Shown: piece by piece, positions 1 through 9,904 of the stretch
How positions within the stretch are numbered: position 1 is the first letter of the stretch
How the letters are laid out: each line of letters opens with the position of its first letter
From: Synechococcus elongatus PCC 6301
Lineage (GTDB): Bacteria > Cyanobacteriota > Cyanobacteriia > Synechococcales > Synechococcaceae
Reading direction: 5' to 3'
Assembly: GCF_000010065.1 (NCBI RefSeq)
Contig: NC_006576.1
Span: 390,001 to 422,000 of the forward strand
DNA length: 32,000 nt
Program-made: the position numbers and the translations under genes
The notes under the pieces: model-generated
Databases searched by the model: none
The model's input: the letters and a program-made list of their open reading frames with translations, nothing else
Told to the model about the DNA's origin: nothing

Positions 1-2
1 AG

Positions 3-293
3 TTGGACTGGCTTTATCCCCTCACCCTCAGCTATGTGCTGGAGCGGCAAGCCCCCCAAGCGGAGGCCGTGCTGCAGCGGATTGTGGCAGTCAATCCTGA
101 CAATGCTTGGAACTGGACTTACCTCGGGTTTGTACAGCTCTATCAATTTCAAGGCAACAAGGCACAGCAGTCTCTACTGGAAGCTGCTCTGCGCCAGCCC
201 GAAGTGCCGATCTTGCCGACTTTACAAGCGGTGGCAGCAGTGCAGTCTGGACAGTGGGGCGAAGCGATCGCCCGTTTACGGGGAGAGAAGTAA
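3..293 (+). CDS. C-terminal part of a TPR-like protein (probably truncated by the window edge)
   Basis: Open frame from the window edge. Translation has a TPR-like pattern (AEAVLQRIVAVNPDNAWNWTYLGFVQLYQ). Confidence 0.6.
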   Translation: MDWLYPLTLSYVLERQAPQAEAVLQRIVAVNPDNAWNWTYLGFVQLYQFQGNKAQQSLLEAALRQPEVPILPTLQAVAAVQSGQWGEAIARLRGEK

Positions 294-296
294 GGC

Positions 297-1727
297 ATGA
301 ATGACCATACCGCCGCGATCGCGGCCCATTTTGATCAGCTAGCACCCAACCTCGATCGCTGGCGGCGACGCAACCGCACCTACTATCGCGATCTCGAAAA
401 ACTGCATCGCTTCTGGATTCCTACCGGATCACGAGTGCTGCAGGTTGGTTCTGGTTTGGGCGATCTGCTAGCAACGGTTGAACCATCCTTCGGCATCGGG
501 ATTGATGTCTCACCGCAGGCGGTGGCAATCGCTCAGCAACGCCATCCACAGCTGCAGTTCCACTGCTTGGCTGCCGAAGAGTTGACACCCGAGGCGATCG
601 GCAATCCTGAGCCTTTTGACGCGATCATCCTGACGGGAGTGCTCAGCTACCTGACGGATATTCAAGTTGTGCTGGAGCAGCTCCAAGCCTTTTGTCATCC
701 CCGCACGCGCTTAATCCTTGGCTTCCATAACTTCCTCTGGCAGCCCTTGCTCACGGCCGCTGAAAAGGTGGGACAGCGATCGCCCCAACCGCCCGAAAGC
801 TGGCTGGGTATGCAGGATGTGCTCAATTTACTGACGCTGACGGGCTATGAACCAATCAAGCAGGGGCGGCGCTTCCTTCTGCCTCGGCAAATTCCGCTAC
901 TGACCGGCTGGATTAACCGCTGGATCAGCCCGCTACCGGTGATTGAGCATCTAGCGCTGACTAACTATGTGATTGCGCGGCCCCTGGCTCAACCGCGATC
1001 GCAACCCACAGTCTCGGTGATTGTTCCGGCTCGCAATGAGGCGGGCAATATTGCAGCAGCAGTCGAACGCTTGCCAGAACTGGGGGCTGAGACAGAGCTG
1101 ATCTTCGTGGAAGGCCATTCCCGCGATCAGACTTGGGAGACGATCGAGCAGACGGTGGCGGAGTATCAAGGGCCGCTGAAACTGCTGGCCTGCCGCCAAA
1201 CTGGCAAAGGTAAAGCCGATGCAGTCCGGCTCGGCTTCGATAAAGCCAGCGGCGACATTTTGATGATTCTCGATGCTGACTTAACTGTGCAGCCGGAGGA
1301 TCTCGGCCATTTCTACCGCGCGATCGCCAGTGGCAGGGGCGAATTTATCAACGGCTCTCGGCTGGTCTATCCGCGATCGCGGCTGGCGATGCCGGGGCTG
1401 AATACCCTTGCTAATCGAACCTTCGCCCTGATCTTTTCCTTCCTACTCGGTCAGCCGCTTAAGGACACCCTCTGCGGCACCAAGGTGCTCTGGAAAACCG
1501 ACTACGATCGCGTGGCGGCAGGGCGGAAATACTTTGGTGACTTCGATCCCTTTGGTGACTTTGACCTACTGTTTGGTGCCGCTAAACTCGGCCTCGAAAT
1601 TGTCGAAGTACCAGTGCGTTATCAAGAGCGCAGCTACGGCAGTTCCAACATTGCTCATGTCCGCGAAGGGCTGATTCTGGCACGGATGTGTCTCTACGCC
1701 GCTGGCAAACTGAAGTTCCCTCACTAG
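297..1727 (+). CDS. Fused SAM-dependent methyltransferase (N-term) and family 2 glycosyltransferase (C-term)
   Basis: 476 aa ORF. N-term SAM-binding motif VLQVGSGLGDLLATV. C-term GT2 features VSVIVPARNEAGNIAAAVERL, ILDADLT and GTKVLWKTDY. Confidence 0.85.
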   Translation: MNDHTAAIAAHFDQLAPNLDRWRRRNRTYYRDLEKLHRFWIPTGSRVLQVGSGLGDLLATVEPSFGIGIDVSPQAVAIAQQRHPQLQFHCLAAEELTPEAIGNPEPFDAIILTGVLSYLTDIQVVLEQLQAFCHPRTRLILGFHNFLWQPLLTAAEKVGQRSPQPPESWLGMQDVLNLLTLTGYEPIKQGRRFLLPRQIPLLTGWINRWISPLPVIEHLALTNYVIARPLAQPRSQPTVSVIVPARNEAGNIAAAVERLPELGAETELIFVEGHSRDQTWETIEQTVAEYQGPLKLLACRQTGKGKADAVRLGFDKASGDILMILDADLTVQPEDLGHFYRAIASGRGEFINGSRLVYPRSRLAMPGLNTLANRTFALIFSFLLGQPLKDTLCGTKVLWKTDYDRVAAGRKYFGDFDPFGDFDLLFGAAKLGLEIVEVPVRYQERSYGSSNIAHVREGLILARMCLYAAGKLKFPH

Positions 1728-1743
1728 TTCCAACTGGACTGTT

Positions 1744-2757
1744 TTGACTGCTGCTAAACCTCGCGCCTCAACCATCCCGGGCCAGCGCTGGATTTTACCG
1801 CTGCTGTTGGTCACCGCATTGCTCAATCTGGGGCTGATGATTTGGGGTGGCTGGCAGACGATTTGGCAACAGTTTCGCCAGATTCCAATCGCCTTCTATC
1901 CCCTCAGCCTCCTGCTGATGGGTTTGAGCTATAGTCTGGGCTTTTGGCGCTGGCACACCTATTTGCAAGTGCTTGATCATTGGCTGCCAGTCCGTTCCAG
2001 CCTGCGCATTTTCCTCGGCAGCTTAGCCCTGATAGCCTCACCGGGACGAGCCGGAGAATCAATCAAAGCCCTGTGGTTACGGCAACAATTTGGCGTTTCG
2101 GCGGCGCGATCGCTGGCGGGGCTGTTCTGTGAACGGCTCTGTGATCTACTGGCCGCTTTGCTGTTAGTCGCCCTGGGATTCTCTGCTCGCTTGGGTACGG
2201 GCTTCTGGTGGGCCTGTCTGGGCCTGGCGATCGCTCTATTTCTGATCCTGAGCCAGCCTCAACGCCTACAGGCTTGGGCCAAACGCTTTGGCGGGCGATC
2301 GCGACGCCGCAAAGGCTTAGAGCGCTTGGCGCATCTCCCCTTCAGCGCCCGTCGCCTGCTGCAACCGCGATTTTTGGCGGGTGGCTTGCTGATTTCGCTG
2401 CTCACTTGGGCGATCGGAGGGGTCGTGCTCTACGGCTGTTTTCAGGTGTTGCAAGCCGAGATCAATCTGCCGACAGCGATCGTAATTCGAGCCGCTGTGG
2501 GTTTGGGTGGAGTACTAACGCTGCTCCCCGGCGGCTTGGGGGGGGCAGAAGCTGCCTCGATTTCCTTGGCGTTGCTCTACGGGGCCGATCGCGATCAAGC
2601 GATTGCAGCGACGGTGCTGCTTCGTCTGCTCACTCTTTGGTTCCCGATCGCGATCGGTTGGGTAGCCTTGCATCGCCAAACACGTACCCTCAAATCTCTC
2701 GCGTTGTCTTCTCTCCCTGACACTGATGCTGACCAGTCGCCAAAATCCTCTCACTAA
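1744..2757 (+). CDS. Lysylphosphatidylglycerol synthase TM / UPF0104-family (AglD-like) integral membrane protein
   Basis: 337 aa hydrophobic ORF with many TM segments. Motifs SPGRAGESIKALWL and LTLLPGGLGGAEAAS are typical of the family. Confidence 0.8.
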   Translation: MTAAKPRASTIPGQRWILPLLLVTALLNLGLMIWGGWQTIWQQFRQIPIAFYPLSLLLMGLSYSLGFWRWHTYLQVLDHWLPVRSSLRIFLGSLALIASPGRAGESIKALWLRQQFGVSAARSLAGLFCERLCDLLAALLLVALGFSARLGTGFWWACLGLAIALFLILSQPQRLQAWAKRFGGRSRRRKGLERLAHLPFSARRLLQPRFLAGGLLISLLTWAIGGVVLYGCFQVLQAEINLPTAIVIRAAVGLGGVLTLLPGGLGGAEAASISLALLYGADRDQAIAATVLLRLLTLWFPIAIGWVALHRQTRTLKSLALSSLPDTDADQSPKSSH

Positions 2758-3502
2758 ACAAATTCGCCAACTGCATCAGGCCAAAGGTCGCCGGCAAATG
2801 GGGGCTTTTCTGCTGGAGGGAACGCACCTCTTGCAGGAGGCGATCGCAACGAACTGGCCGCTATTGCAGGTCTGCGCGACCCCAGCCTGGCAGAATCAAC
2901 ACCCGCAACTCTGGCAGCAGGCGATCCAAGCGGCACCGGAACAAACGGTGAGTGACGATTTACTGGCCTATCTCTGCACTACGGTCAATCCGGATGGAGT
3001 AGTGGCGATCGCAGCACGGCAGCCCCAGCGTCAACCGCCCACTTCAGCCTCCTTGCTGATTGCCGTCGAAACCCTGCAGGATCCTGGGAATCTCGGTACG
3101 ATCATTCGTACTGCGGCGGCGGCGGGGGCTGATGGTCTCTGGCTGACAGCAGACGGCGTTGACCCCGATCATCCCAAGGTGTTGCGTGCCTCGGCGGGGC
3201 AATGGTTCCGACTCCCGATCGCGATCGCCACAGACCTGGGGCAAACCCTACGGAGCTGGCAGCAACAGGGTTATCAGATTGTCTCGACGCTGCCGCGAGC
3301 GACGACAACCCTTTGGCAAGCAGACCTCACTCGCCCGACCGTTCTGTTGCTTGGCAATGAAGGGGCAGGGCTGAGTCCAGACCTCGCAGCGATTGCGGAT
3401 TCCGCCGTCACAATTCCCCAAGCGGCGGGGGTGGAATCTCTGAATGTGGCGATCGCGGCAGCCCTCTTGCTTTACGAAGCCCGCCGTCAGCGACAGAGCT
3501 AG
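2726..3502 (+). CDS. RNA 2'-O-methyltransferase, SpoU/TrmH family
   Basis: 258 aa ORF with NPLTKQIRQLHQAKGRR, LQDPGNLGTIIRTAAAAGADG, LLLGNEGAGLSPD and VESLNVAIAAALLLYEARRQ. All are canonical SpoU motifs. Confidence 0.9.
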   Translation: MLTSRQNPLTKQIRQLHQAKGRRQMGAFLLEGTHLLQEAIATNWPLLQVCATPAWQNQHPQLWQQAIQAAPEQTVSDDLLAYLCTTVNPDGVVAIAARQPQRQPPTSASLLIAVETLQDPGNLGTIIRTAAAAGADGLWLTADGVDPDHPKVLRASAGQWFRLPIAIATDLGQTLRSWQQQGYQIVSTLPRATTTLWQADLTRPTVLLLGNEGAGLSPDLAAIADSAVTIPQAAGVESLNVAIAAALLLYEARRQRQS

Positions 3503-3560
3503 CCGCATTGCCGCCGTACAATGGCGAAATGCTTCTGCAATCGGCTGGGAGAACACAAGG

Positions 3561-5000
3561 GTGAGCAGCGAGTTTGACTACGACGTCATTGTCATTGGGG
3601 CCGGCTATGGCGGTTTTGATGCGGCCAAACACGCCTGCGAAAAAGGTCTGAAGACGGCGATCGTGGAAGCCCGTGACCTTGGCGGCACCTGCGTGAATCG
3701 CGGTTGCGTGCCTTCCAAAGCACTACTGGCAGCCTCAGGTCGCGTGCGGGAAATTACCGATACCGACCACCTGCAGAACTTCGGGATTCAAGTCCAAGGC
3801 GTCAGCTTCGATCGCCAAGCGATCGCCGATCACGCCGCCAACTTGGTCGATACCGTCCGCACCAACTTGGGCAATACCCTCGAGCGGCTCGGGGCTGAGA
3901 TTTTGATGGGGCGCGGTCGTTTGGCCGGTAGCCAGCGCGTCACCGTCACCGCTGCCGATGGGACTGAAAAGACCTACAGCGCTCGCGATGTGATTCTGGC
4001 GACGGGTTCCGACCCCTTTGTACCGCCCGGCATTGAAATCGATGGCAAAACCGTCTTTACCAGCGACGACGCCCTCAAGCTGGAAACGCTACCCCAGTGG
4101 ATCGCCATCATTGGCAGTGGCTACATCGGTCTTGAGTTCTCCGATGTCTACACAGCGTTGGGCTGCGAAGTGACGATGATCGAAGCCCTCGATCGCCTCT
4201 TGCCCACCTTTGACCCTGATGTGGCGAAAGTTGCCCAGCGATCGCTGCTGGATGGTCGCGACATCGAAACCCGCACGGGTGTTTTGGCGCGCAAAATTAC
4301 GCCGGGCTCGCCGGTTGTGATCGAACTGGCCGACTTCGAAACCAAAGAACTGGTGGAAGTGCTGGAAGTCGATGCTTGCCTAGTCGCCACCGGGCGGATT
4401 CCCAGCACCAAAAATCTGGGCTTGGAAACCGTTGCTGTCGAAGTCGATCGCCGTGGCTTCATTCCCGTGGACGATGGCATGCGCGTCCTCCGCGATAGCA
4501 AACCTGTGCCCCACCTCTTCGCTGTTGGCGATGCCACCGGCAAGCTGATGTTGGCTCACGCTGCAGCAGCTCAGGGTGTGGTCGCGATCGAAAACATCAC
4601 CGGCCACCCACGCAGCGTCGATTACCGCAGCATTCCGGCGGCCACCTTCACCCACCCCGAAATCAGCTCGGTCGGCCTCAGTGAAGCGGATGCAAAAGCC
4701 TTGGGTGGTCAAGAAGGGTTCGAAGTGGGCAGCGTCCGCAGCTACTTCAAAGCCAACTCCAAAGCCTTGGCTGAGGCGGATGCCGATGGGTTTGCCAAGG
4801 TGCTGTTCCGCAAAGATACGGGCGAAGTGCTCGGGGCTCATATCTTTGGGCTGCATGCGGCAGATTTGATCCAAGAAGTCGCTAACGCGATCGCCCGTCG
4901 CCAGTCGGTCAAAGAGCTCGCCTTTGAGGTTCACACCCACCCGACCCTGAGTGAGGTGATCGAGTCCGCTTACAAACAAGCTGCTACCGCGATCGCCTAA
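3561..5000 (+). CDS. lpdA: Dihydrolipoamide dehydrogenase (E3)
   Basis: GTG start at 3561 ([22 protein letters not shown]). Redox motif [19 protein letters not shown]-binding GSGYIGLEF and C-term HTHPTLSEV. The provided ORF starts further upstream at 3444, which is probably not the true start. Confidence 0.93.
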
Positions 5001-5076
5001 ATCCCTGTCCTGCTCAGCGATCGCTTGCCCAATCGAGGCTGAGCGATCGCAACCCTGTCATTTGCGCCCTACCGCC

Positions 5077-5964
5077 ATGGAAGTCCGCCGCCGTCCCCCC
5101 AATCCAGCTGTGCATGTTGCCAGCCTCACCTATCAGGTCAAGGTGCCGGGGAGCAGCCCCAGCAACATCCTCGAAGAGATTGTTTGGTATAAGGAGCGCG
5201 AGGTGAATGCTTGGCGAGAGCAGCTGCCGCTGCAGCAGCTCCAGAACCAAGTCCGCGGCTTGACCCAAACGCCCCGTGACTTTTTGGCAGCACTGCGACA
5301 GGCACCGACTCGACCGGCCGTGATTGCCGAAGTCAAAAAAGCATCTCCTAGCAAAGGCGTACTGCGAGAAGATTTCGATCCCGTGGCGATCGCCCAAGCC
5401 TATGCGGCTAATGGGGCGGCTTGCATTTCGGTGCTGACCGACGAGAAGTTTTTCCAAGGCGGCTTCGAAAATCTACAGCGGGTGCGAGCAGCAGTCGATG
5501 TACCGCTGCTCTGCAAAGACTTTGTGATCTACCCCTATCAGATCTACAAAGCCCGCTTACTGGGGGCCGATGCCGTGCTGTTGATCGCGGCGATTCTTTC
5601 GGATGCTGACCTGCGCTACTTCCTGAAGATCGCCCACAGTCTGGGACTCAATGCGCTGGTGGAAGTGCATAGCCTGCCGGAACTTGAGCGTGTCCTTGCC
5701 TTGGATGATCTGCGGCTGGTTGGCATTAACAACCGCAACCTCAAGACTTTTGTGACCGATCTGGCGGTGACAGAGCATCTTGCTGCCCAATGCCGCGATC
5801 GCGATTTGCTCTTGGTCAGTGAATCGGGTTTGTTCACCGGCGCCGATCTCGATCGCGTTACCCAAGCTGGCGCACAGGCCGTCTTGATCGGTGAATCGCT
5901 GGTCAAGCAACCGGATCCAGGCTTGGCACTGCAGCAGTTAGTTGGCGATCGCCCCTCAGCCTAA
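5077..5964 (+). CDS. trpC: Indole-3-glycerol phosphate synthase
   Basis: [22 protein letters not shown]-like [20 protein letters not shown] and [12 protein letters not shown] at 5077 preferred; the track gives a TTG start at 5062. Confidence 0.93.
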
Positions 5965-6101
5965 GCTGTCCTGCAACAGCCTTCACTAGAAGCCACTCAG
6001 GACGCTTGTACTCGAGCCAACTTACCTCTCACCAGAGGTCAACACCGGCTAGTTTTACCCGCAGCGATCGCCCCTCCACCGATGAGCCCTACCCGAAATC
6101 T

Positions 6102-6170
6102 TGTTGCGGGGGGCTGGGGGAGTCGAGTCTCCCAGTGCGTGGGTGGGGTGCGCAATCACCCCCACGGACA
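6102..6170. repeat. Copy 1 of a double-hairpin interspersed element (possible ncRNA)
   Basis: TGTTGCGGGGGGCTGGGGGAGTCGAGTCTCCCAGTGCGTGGGTGGGGTGCGCAATCACCCCCACGGACA. Nearly identical to 15545-15617; each arm can form a stem-loop. Confidence 0.75.
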
Positions 6171-6270
6171 GACGCTTCACAACTCCAGCCCAGACTGGAT
6201 TTTCCTAAGCCATTCCAAGGTTGTCCCATGCCTCACTCCAGTGGAGGCGAGGGGCTCCTTTGATTCAGAC

Positions 6271-6507
6271 CTAACCTTCGCTACTACTAGCGCCCGATTC
6301 CACCTTGGACAGGAACTGCGTATCCAGCAGAAAAGAGCCGCGATCAAACAGCACTACCCAGTAGCCACCGGGACGGAGGCCCGTGATCGTTCCCTGTTCA
6401 CCGACTGCTAGCAAGTCGGGCGGCCGCAGCATCGGCAACGGGTCAGCACTTTTTAGGTAGGGTGGCTGAGCGGCCAAGCGGACGCGATCGCCGATTGCAA
6501 AATCCAT
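6271..6507 (-). CDS. sipA: SipA-like regulatory protein (DUF3148; NblS-interacting protein)
   Basis: 78 aa ORF MDFAIGDRVRLAAQPPYLKSADPLPMLRPPDLLAVGEQGTITGLRPGGYWVVLFDRGSFLLD. Size and SH3-like VRL...YLKTADPMPMLRP pattern fit the SipA family. Confidence 0.75.
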   Translation of the reverse strand: MDFAIGDRVRLAAQPPYLKSADPLPMLRPPDLLAVGEQGTITGLRPGGYWVVLFDRGSFLLDTQFLSKVESGASSSEG

Positions 6508-6583
6508 AGAGTGGTGAGGGTAGACTCCTAAAAGGTCATTCTCGGAGATGATGCCGTGCTTTGGCGAGCGATCGCGGCTAGGA

Positions 6584-7084
6584 CTAGCGACCCGAGATCG
6601 TGGGCAAATCCTTTTGCAAAATTGCCGCCGCCTTGACCGAAACCGACTCTTGATCAGCGCCGATCGATTGGAATTTGCAGCTCATTCGCCGCGCTTCAAG
6701 ATTGCAGGTGCCCTCACCCTGCAGCACTGGCAAAGGATCTTCGGGCTTAAAGATACGGAAAGCCGGCACCCCATAGCGCCCTGACCAATTGCTGCTGCTA
6801 ACCGGATCAGCAACCTCGTAGGGTGCGATGAAGCTAAACAGAACTTCTTGGTTACCCTCTGGAACCACAAAGTGGAAGTTATAGCTGGTTTGGCCCTCGG
6901 TCACGAGCACTCGATCGCAGGGAATGGCACTCGCTGGGTCAGCGTCGACCTGCAGGACAATCTGACAATCTCGGGCTTCGAGATAGGTGGAGCGGTTCGG
7001 TTGAACTGAGCGAAATTCCGGCTGGGCTAGAGCAGGAGTCGCTGCGATCGCGCTGATCAGAAGAGAAAGGCCAAGGCTGCGCAT
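6584..7084 (-). CDS. Secreted/periplasmic protein of unknown function
   Basis: ATG at 7084 begins a clear signal peptide MRSLGLSLLISAIAATPALA|QPEF. Mature part contains several Cys. The track start at 7282 seems too far upstream. Confidence 0.65.
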   Translation of the reverse strand: MRSLGLSLLISAIAATPALAQPEFRSVQPNRSTYLEARDCQIVLQVDADPASAIPCDRVLVTEGQTSYNFHFVVPEGNQEVLFSFIAPYEVADPVSSSNWSGRYGVPAFRIFKPEDPLPVLQGEGTCNLEARRMSCKFQSIGADQESVSVKAAAILQKDLPTISGR

Positions 7085-7309
7085 CACAGCATCCTTCGAT
7101 GGAGAGATTACTTTTGATTGTGGCGGTTCTACCCCATGAGTCAGTTGCCTTTGTAGCAAGATTTCAGTATCGGTCGGTTGCCTCTCAAGGCCATCGAGGC
7201 GATCGCCTCTCACTCCCGGACTATCTGTAGCGACAACAATCGGAATTGATCGGAAATTCCCTTGGCCGGAGCGGGTTACCACCTCCAGCCTGAAGGGATC
7301 CCAAGGGGT

Positions 7310-8032
7310 CTAGAGTTTACCCTGCATTGCGAGCTTCATTTCGCGCACCGCCCGCTCTAGCCCAACCAATACGGCTCGACTGATGATCGTGTGACCAATA
7401 TTGAGTTCTTCCATCCCCGGCAACTGTGCCACCGGATAGACGTTCCAGTAGGTCAATCCATGGCCCGCATTGACGCGTAGACCGGCTGCGATCGCTTGCT
7501 CACAGCCTTGGCGGAGTGCTGCGAGTTCCTGAGCTTGGGCGGCTTCCGTCTCGGCCTCGGCATAGCGACCCGTATGCAACTCGATCCACTGAGCTTGAAT
7601 CGCAGCCGACGCTGCAATCTGATCCGGTTCCGCATCGATGAACAAGCTGACGGGAATCCCAGCGCTTTGAAGCTGATCGACAACCAGAGCTAGGCGATCG
7701 CGCTGCCCCACCACGTTCAGACCGCCTTCCGTTGTCACTTCCTCCCGCCGTTCGGGCACCAGGGTGACGTAGTCCGGGCGAATGTCTAAGGCGATCGCCA
7801 CCATCTCATCCGTGGCCGCCATTTCTAAATTGAGGCGGGTGCGTACCGTCTGCCGAAGTAAGCGCACATCACGATCTTGAATATGTCGACGGTCTTCCCG
7901 CAGATGCGCCGTAATGCCTTCTGCACCTGCCAGCTCCGCCAGCACAGCAGCCGCGATCGGGTCTGGCTCAACCGTCCGGCGAGCTTGGCGCACGGTGGCA
8001 ACATGGTCAATATTGACGCCTAGGGTGGGCAA
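7310..8032 (-). CDS. pdxJ: Pyridoxine 5'-phosphate synthase
   Basis: [16 protein letters not shown]...[28 protein letters not shown] and [15 protein letters not shown] at 8032 is preceded by GGAGGAG. Confidence 0.92.
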   Translation of the reverse strand: MPTLGVNIDHVATVRQARRTVEPDPIAAAVLAELAGAEGITAHLREDRRHIQDRDVRLLRQTVRTRLNLEMAATDEMVAIALDIRPDYVTLVPERREEVTTEGGLNVVGQRDRLALVVDQLQSAGIPVSLFIDAEPDQIAASAAIQAQWIELHTGRYAEAETEAAQAQELAALRQGCEQAIAAGLRVNAGHGLTYWNVYPVAQLPGMEELNIGHTIISRAVLVGLERAVREMKLAMQGKL

Positions 8033-8361
8033 GGTAGCAGCTCCTCCAGAACCAACAATCCAGAACTGTTGACCCAATTTCACAGCCAGGCACGAGCGTA
8101 TGTCCACTCCGTCACCTGTGGATTGCCCCCTCAGGATGAGGGCATGGAATCGACGTCCAGTCAGTCGAGCCTAGAGTCTTGGGCCTTTGAATAGTATTGC
8201 GCGCTAACCTCAATCCTCTGTATAGAAGAGGCGATTAGCAACGGCCAAGAACTCCCATAACCCTGGGGAGCCGTTGACATAGACTCTGGTCAAACTGTCC
8301 GATCGCCAGCGGGGTGATGTCATGCAAGTCACTAGCATGGTGAAGGTTTCCGCCCGTCGTT

Positions 8362-9129
8362 ATGCTGTTGTCCCCTGCCTCGGATCTGTTTGAGGATCAC
8401 CGACCCATGCTGCAGTGTCAGCAGTCTCGCGTTTCTGGCTGGCTTGCCCCCTTGGCCTATCAGATGGTCGGGCGGATTGTTTTACCTTGCCGCTTTGCCG
8501 AGATCGACATTGCCGGCATCGACCATATTCCCCGCAGTGGGCCAGTGATTCTGGCGCCCACTCATCGATCGCGCTGGGATGCGCTGATGGTTCCCCATGC
8601 GGTAGGGCGGCCCACCTCCGGCCGTGACGTGCGCTTCATGGTTTCCGCCAATGAAATGCGAGGCATCCAGGGTTGGTTTATCTGGCGGCTGGGGGGCTTC
8701 CCTGTCGATACCGATCGCCCGGGCATCGCCAGTGTGCGCTACGGCGTAGAACTGCTCCTGCAGCAGCAGATGGTGGTTGTGTTTCCAGAGGGTGGCATCT
8801 TTCAAGATCGGCAGGTGCATCCCCTCAAGCTTGGGCCAGCCCGGATGGCATTGCAGGCGCAGCACCTAGGTCATGAACCAGTCCAAATTGTGCCGATTGG
8901 CTTGGTCTACAGCGATCTGCAGCCTCGGCGCGGTAGCCGCTGCAGTATTCGCATCGGTCAACCCCTGTCCACCCAAAGCTATCGACAGCACTCGCCCAAA
9001 CAGGGGGCGATCGCTCTGACCCGCGATTTAGCCGATCAATTGGGCCGACTCCATCAGCAGGCGCTGCATCATGTTTTGCCTTGTCAGGAACCCTTGATGC
9101 CCTTGCCACCGTCCCAAGAGTTGCTCTAG
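8362..9129 (+). CDS. 1-acyl-sn-glycerol-3-phosphate acyltransferase-like protein (PlsC family)
   Basis: Motifs GPVILAPTHRSRWDALMV (H-X4-D variant), GGFPVDTDRPG and VVFPEGGIF. Start could also be ATG 8407. Confidence 0.8.
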   Translation: MLLSPASDLFEDHRPMLQCQQSRVSGWLAPLAYQMVGRIVLPCRFAEIDIAGIDHIPRSGPVILAPTHRSRWDALMVPHAVGRPTSGRDVRFMVSANEMRGIQGWFIWRLGGFPVDTDRPGIASVRYGVELLLQQQMVVVFPEGGIFQDRQVHPLKLGPARMALQAQHLGHEPVQIVPIGLVYSDLQPRRGSRCSIRIGQPLSTQSYRQHSPKQGAIALTRDLADQLGRLHQQALHHVLPCQEPLMPLPPSQELL

Positions 9130-9221
9130 ACCTGTGGAGCTTCTGTTGTAGACTGCGATGGCAAGTCCGGCGGGGGCATCCGACGGCTGTTAAATCCCCT
9201 TTGAGCGTGAGAACTCCCACT

Positions 9222-9815
9222 ATGCGTTTAGTCGTTCGTAGTCTCGTCTCACTGGCCGCGATCGCCAGTTTGGCCTCTGGGCTTCCAGCGCGGGCGCAGT
9301 CTGGCAGCTCTGTCCCTGCACCAGAAAGAGTCACGACTCAATCGAACCTGAATTACGATTCAGTGATGCGCATTATGGCGGAAGGGGATGCCGCTGTGGC
9401 AGCACAGAAGTTTCCTGTCGCTCTCGACAAGTACGATCTGGCGCGGAAGTCCTTTGGCGCTCTGGTGCAGTTCCACCAAGGTCTAGCCGGTTCCTTCAGC
9501 GGCATTGATGTCAAGATTGCCAACGACCAACGGCAGCGAGCAGCACAAGCGGCACAGGGCCGTGACCAAGCTGGCTACAAGTTGGCGCTGCTCTACCGTC
9601 GCCTCAACCAGCCGGAAGTTGCGATTCCCTTACTCGTGCAGGTTGTACAGTCCCAGAACCCCACAACTGATTTGGGTAAACAGGCCTACGCTCAGCTCTA
9701 CGAATTGGGCTTTACCTCGCTGCCCTATCCACGCAGTGTCGACGGGACTCAGCCAGCGCCGCAGCAATCACCGGCTCCTCAAACCCCACCGGCTCAACAA
9801 CCGCCAGCACGCTAG
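9222..9815 (+). CDS. Exported TPR-like protein with Pro/Gln-rich C-terminus
   Basis: Signal peptide MRLVVRSLVSLAAIASLASGLPARA. Helical repeats (AQKFPVALDKYDLARKSFGALV, YRRLNQPEVAIPLLVQVV) and tail PAPQQSPAPQTPPAQQPPAR. Confidence 0.65.
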   Translation: MRLVVRSLVSLAAIASLASGLPARAQSGSSVPAPERVTTQSNLNYDSVMRIMAEGDAAVAAQKFPVALDKYDLARKSFGALVQFHQGLAGSFSGIDVKIANDQRQRAAQAAQGRDQAGYKLALLYRRLNQPEVAIPLLVQVVQSQNPTTDLGKQAYAQLYELGFTSLPYPRSVDGTQPAPQQSPAPQTPPAQQPPAR

Positions 9816-9904
9816 CGATCGCTTGGGGGTCGGGCAAGCAACCGACCCTCCTCCGTTTGGACTAGCTGGAAGCTAACCTGAGTCCACAAAAGCAGAGCCG
9901 TCGG

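Noticed and set aside
2208-2720. 170 aa plus-strand ORF
   Set aside because: Out-of-frame ORF inside the UPF0104-like membrane gene; low-complexity Arg/Ser/Gly composition.
4380-4979. 199 aa antisense ORF on the minus strand
   Set aside because: It lies wholly inside lpdA, which has clear homology motifs; shadow ORF in GC-rich DNA.
6082-6411. 109 aa plus-strand ORF over repeat copy 1
   Set aside because: Covers the hairpin element and continues antisense to sipA; low-complexity start and no domain.
8825-9334. 169 aa minus-strand ORF
   Set aside because: Antisense to the plsC-like gene and the next gene; no domain-like features.
9765-9812. CCGGCTCCTCAAACCCCACCGGCTCAACAACCGCC as a short tandem repeat
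   Set aside because: It encodes a Pro/Gln-rich tail; imperfect, short and explained by coding content.
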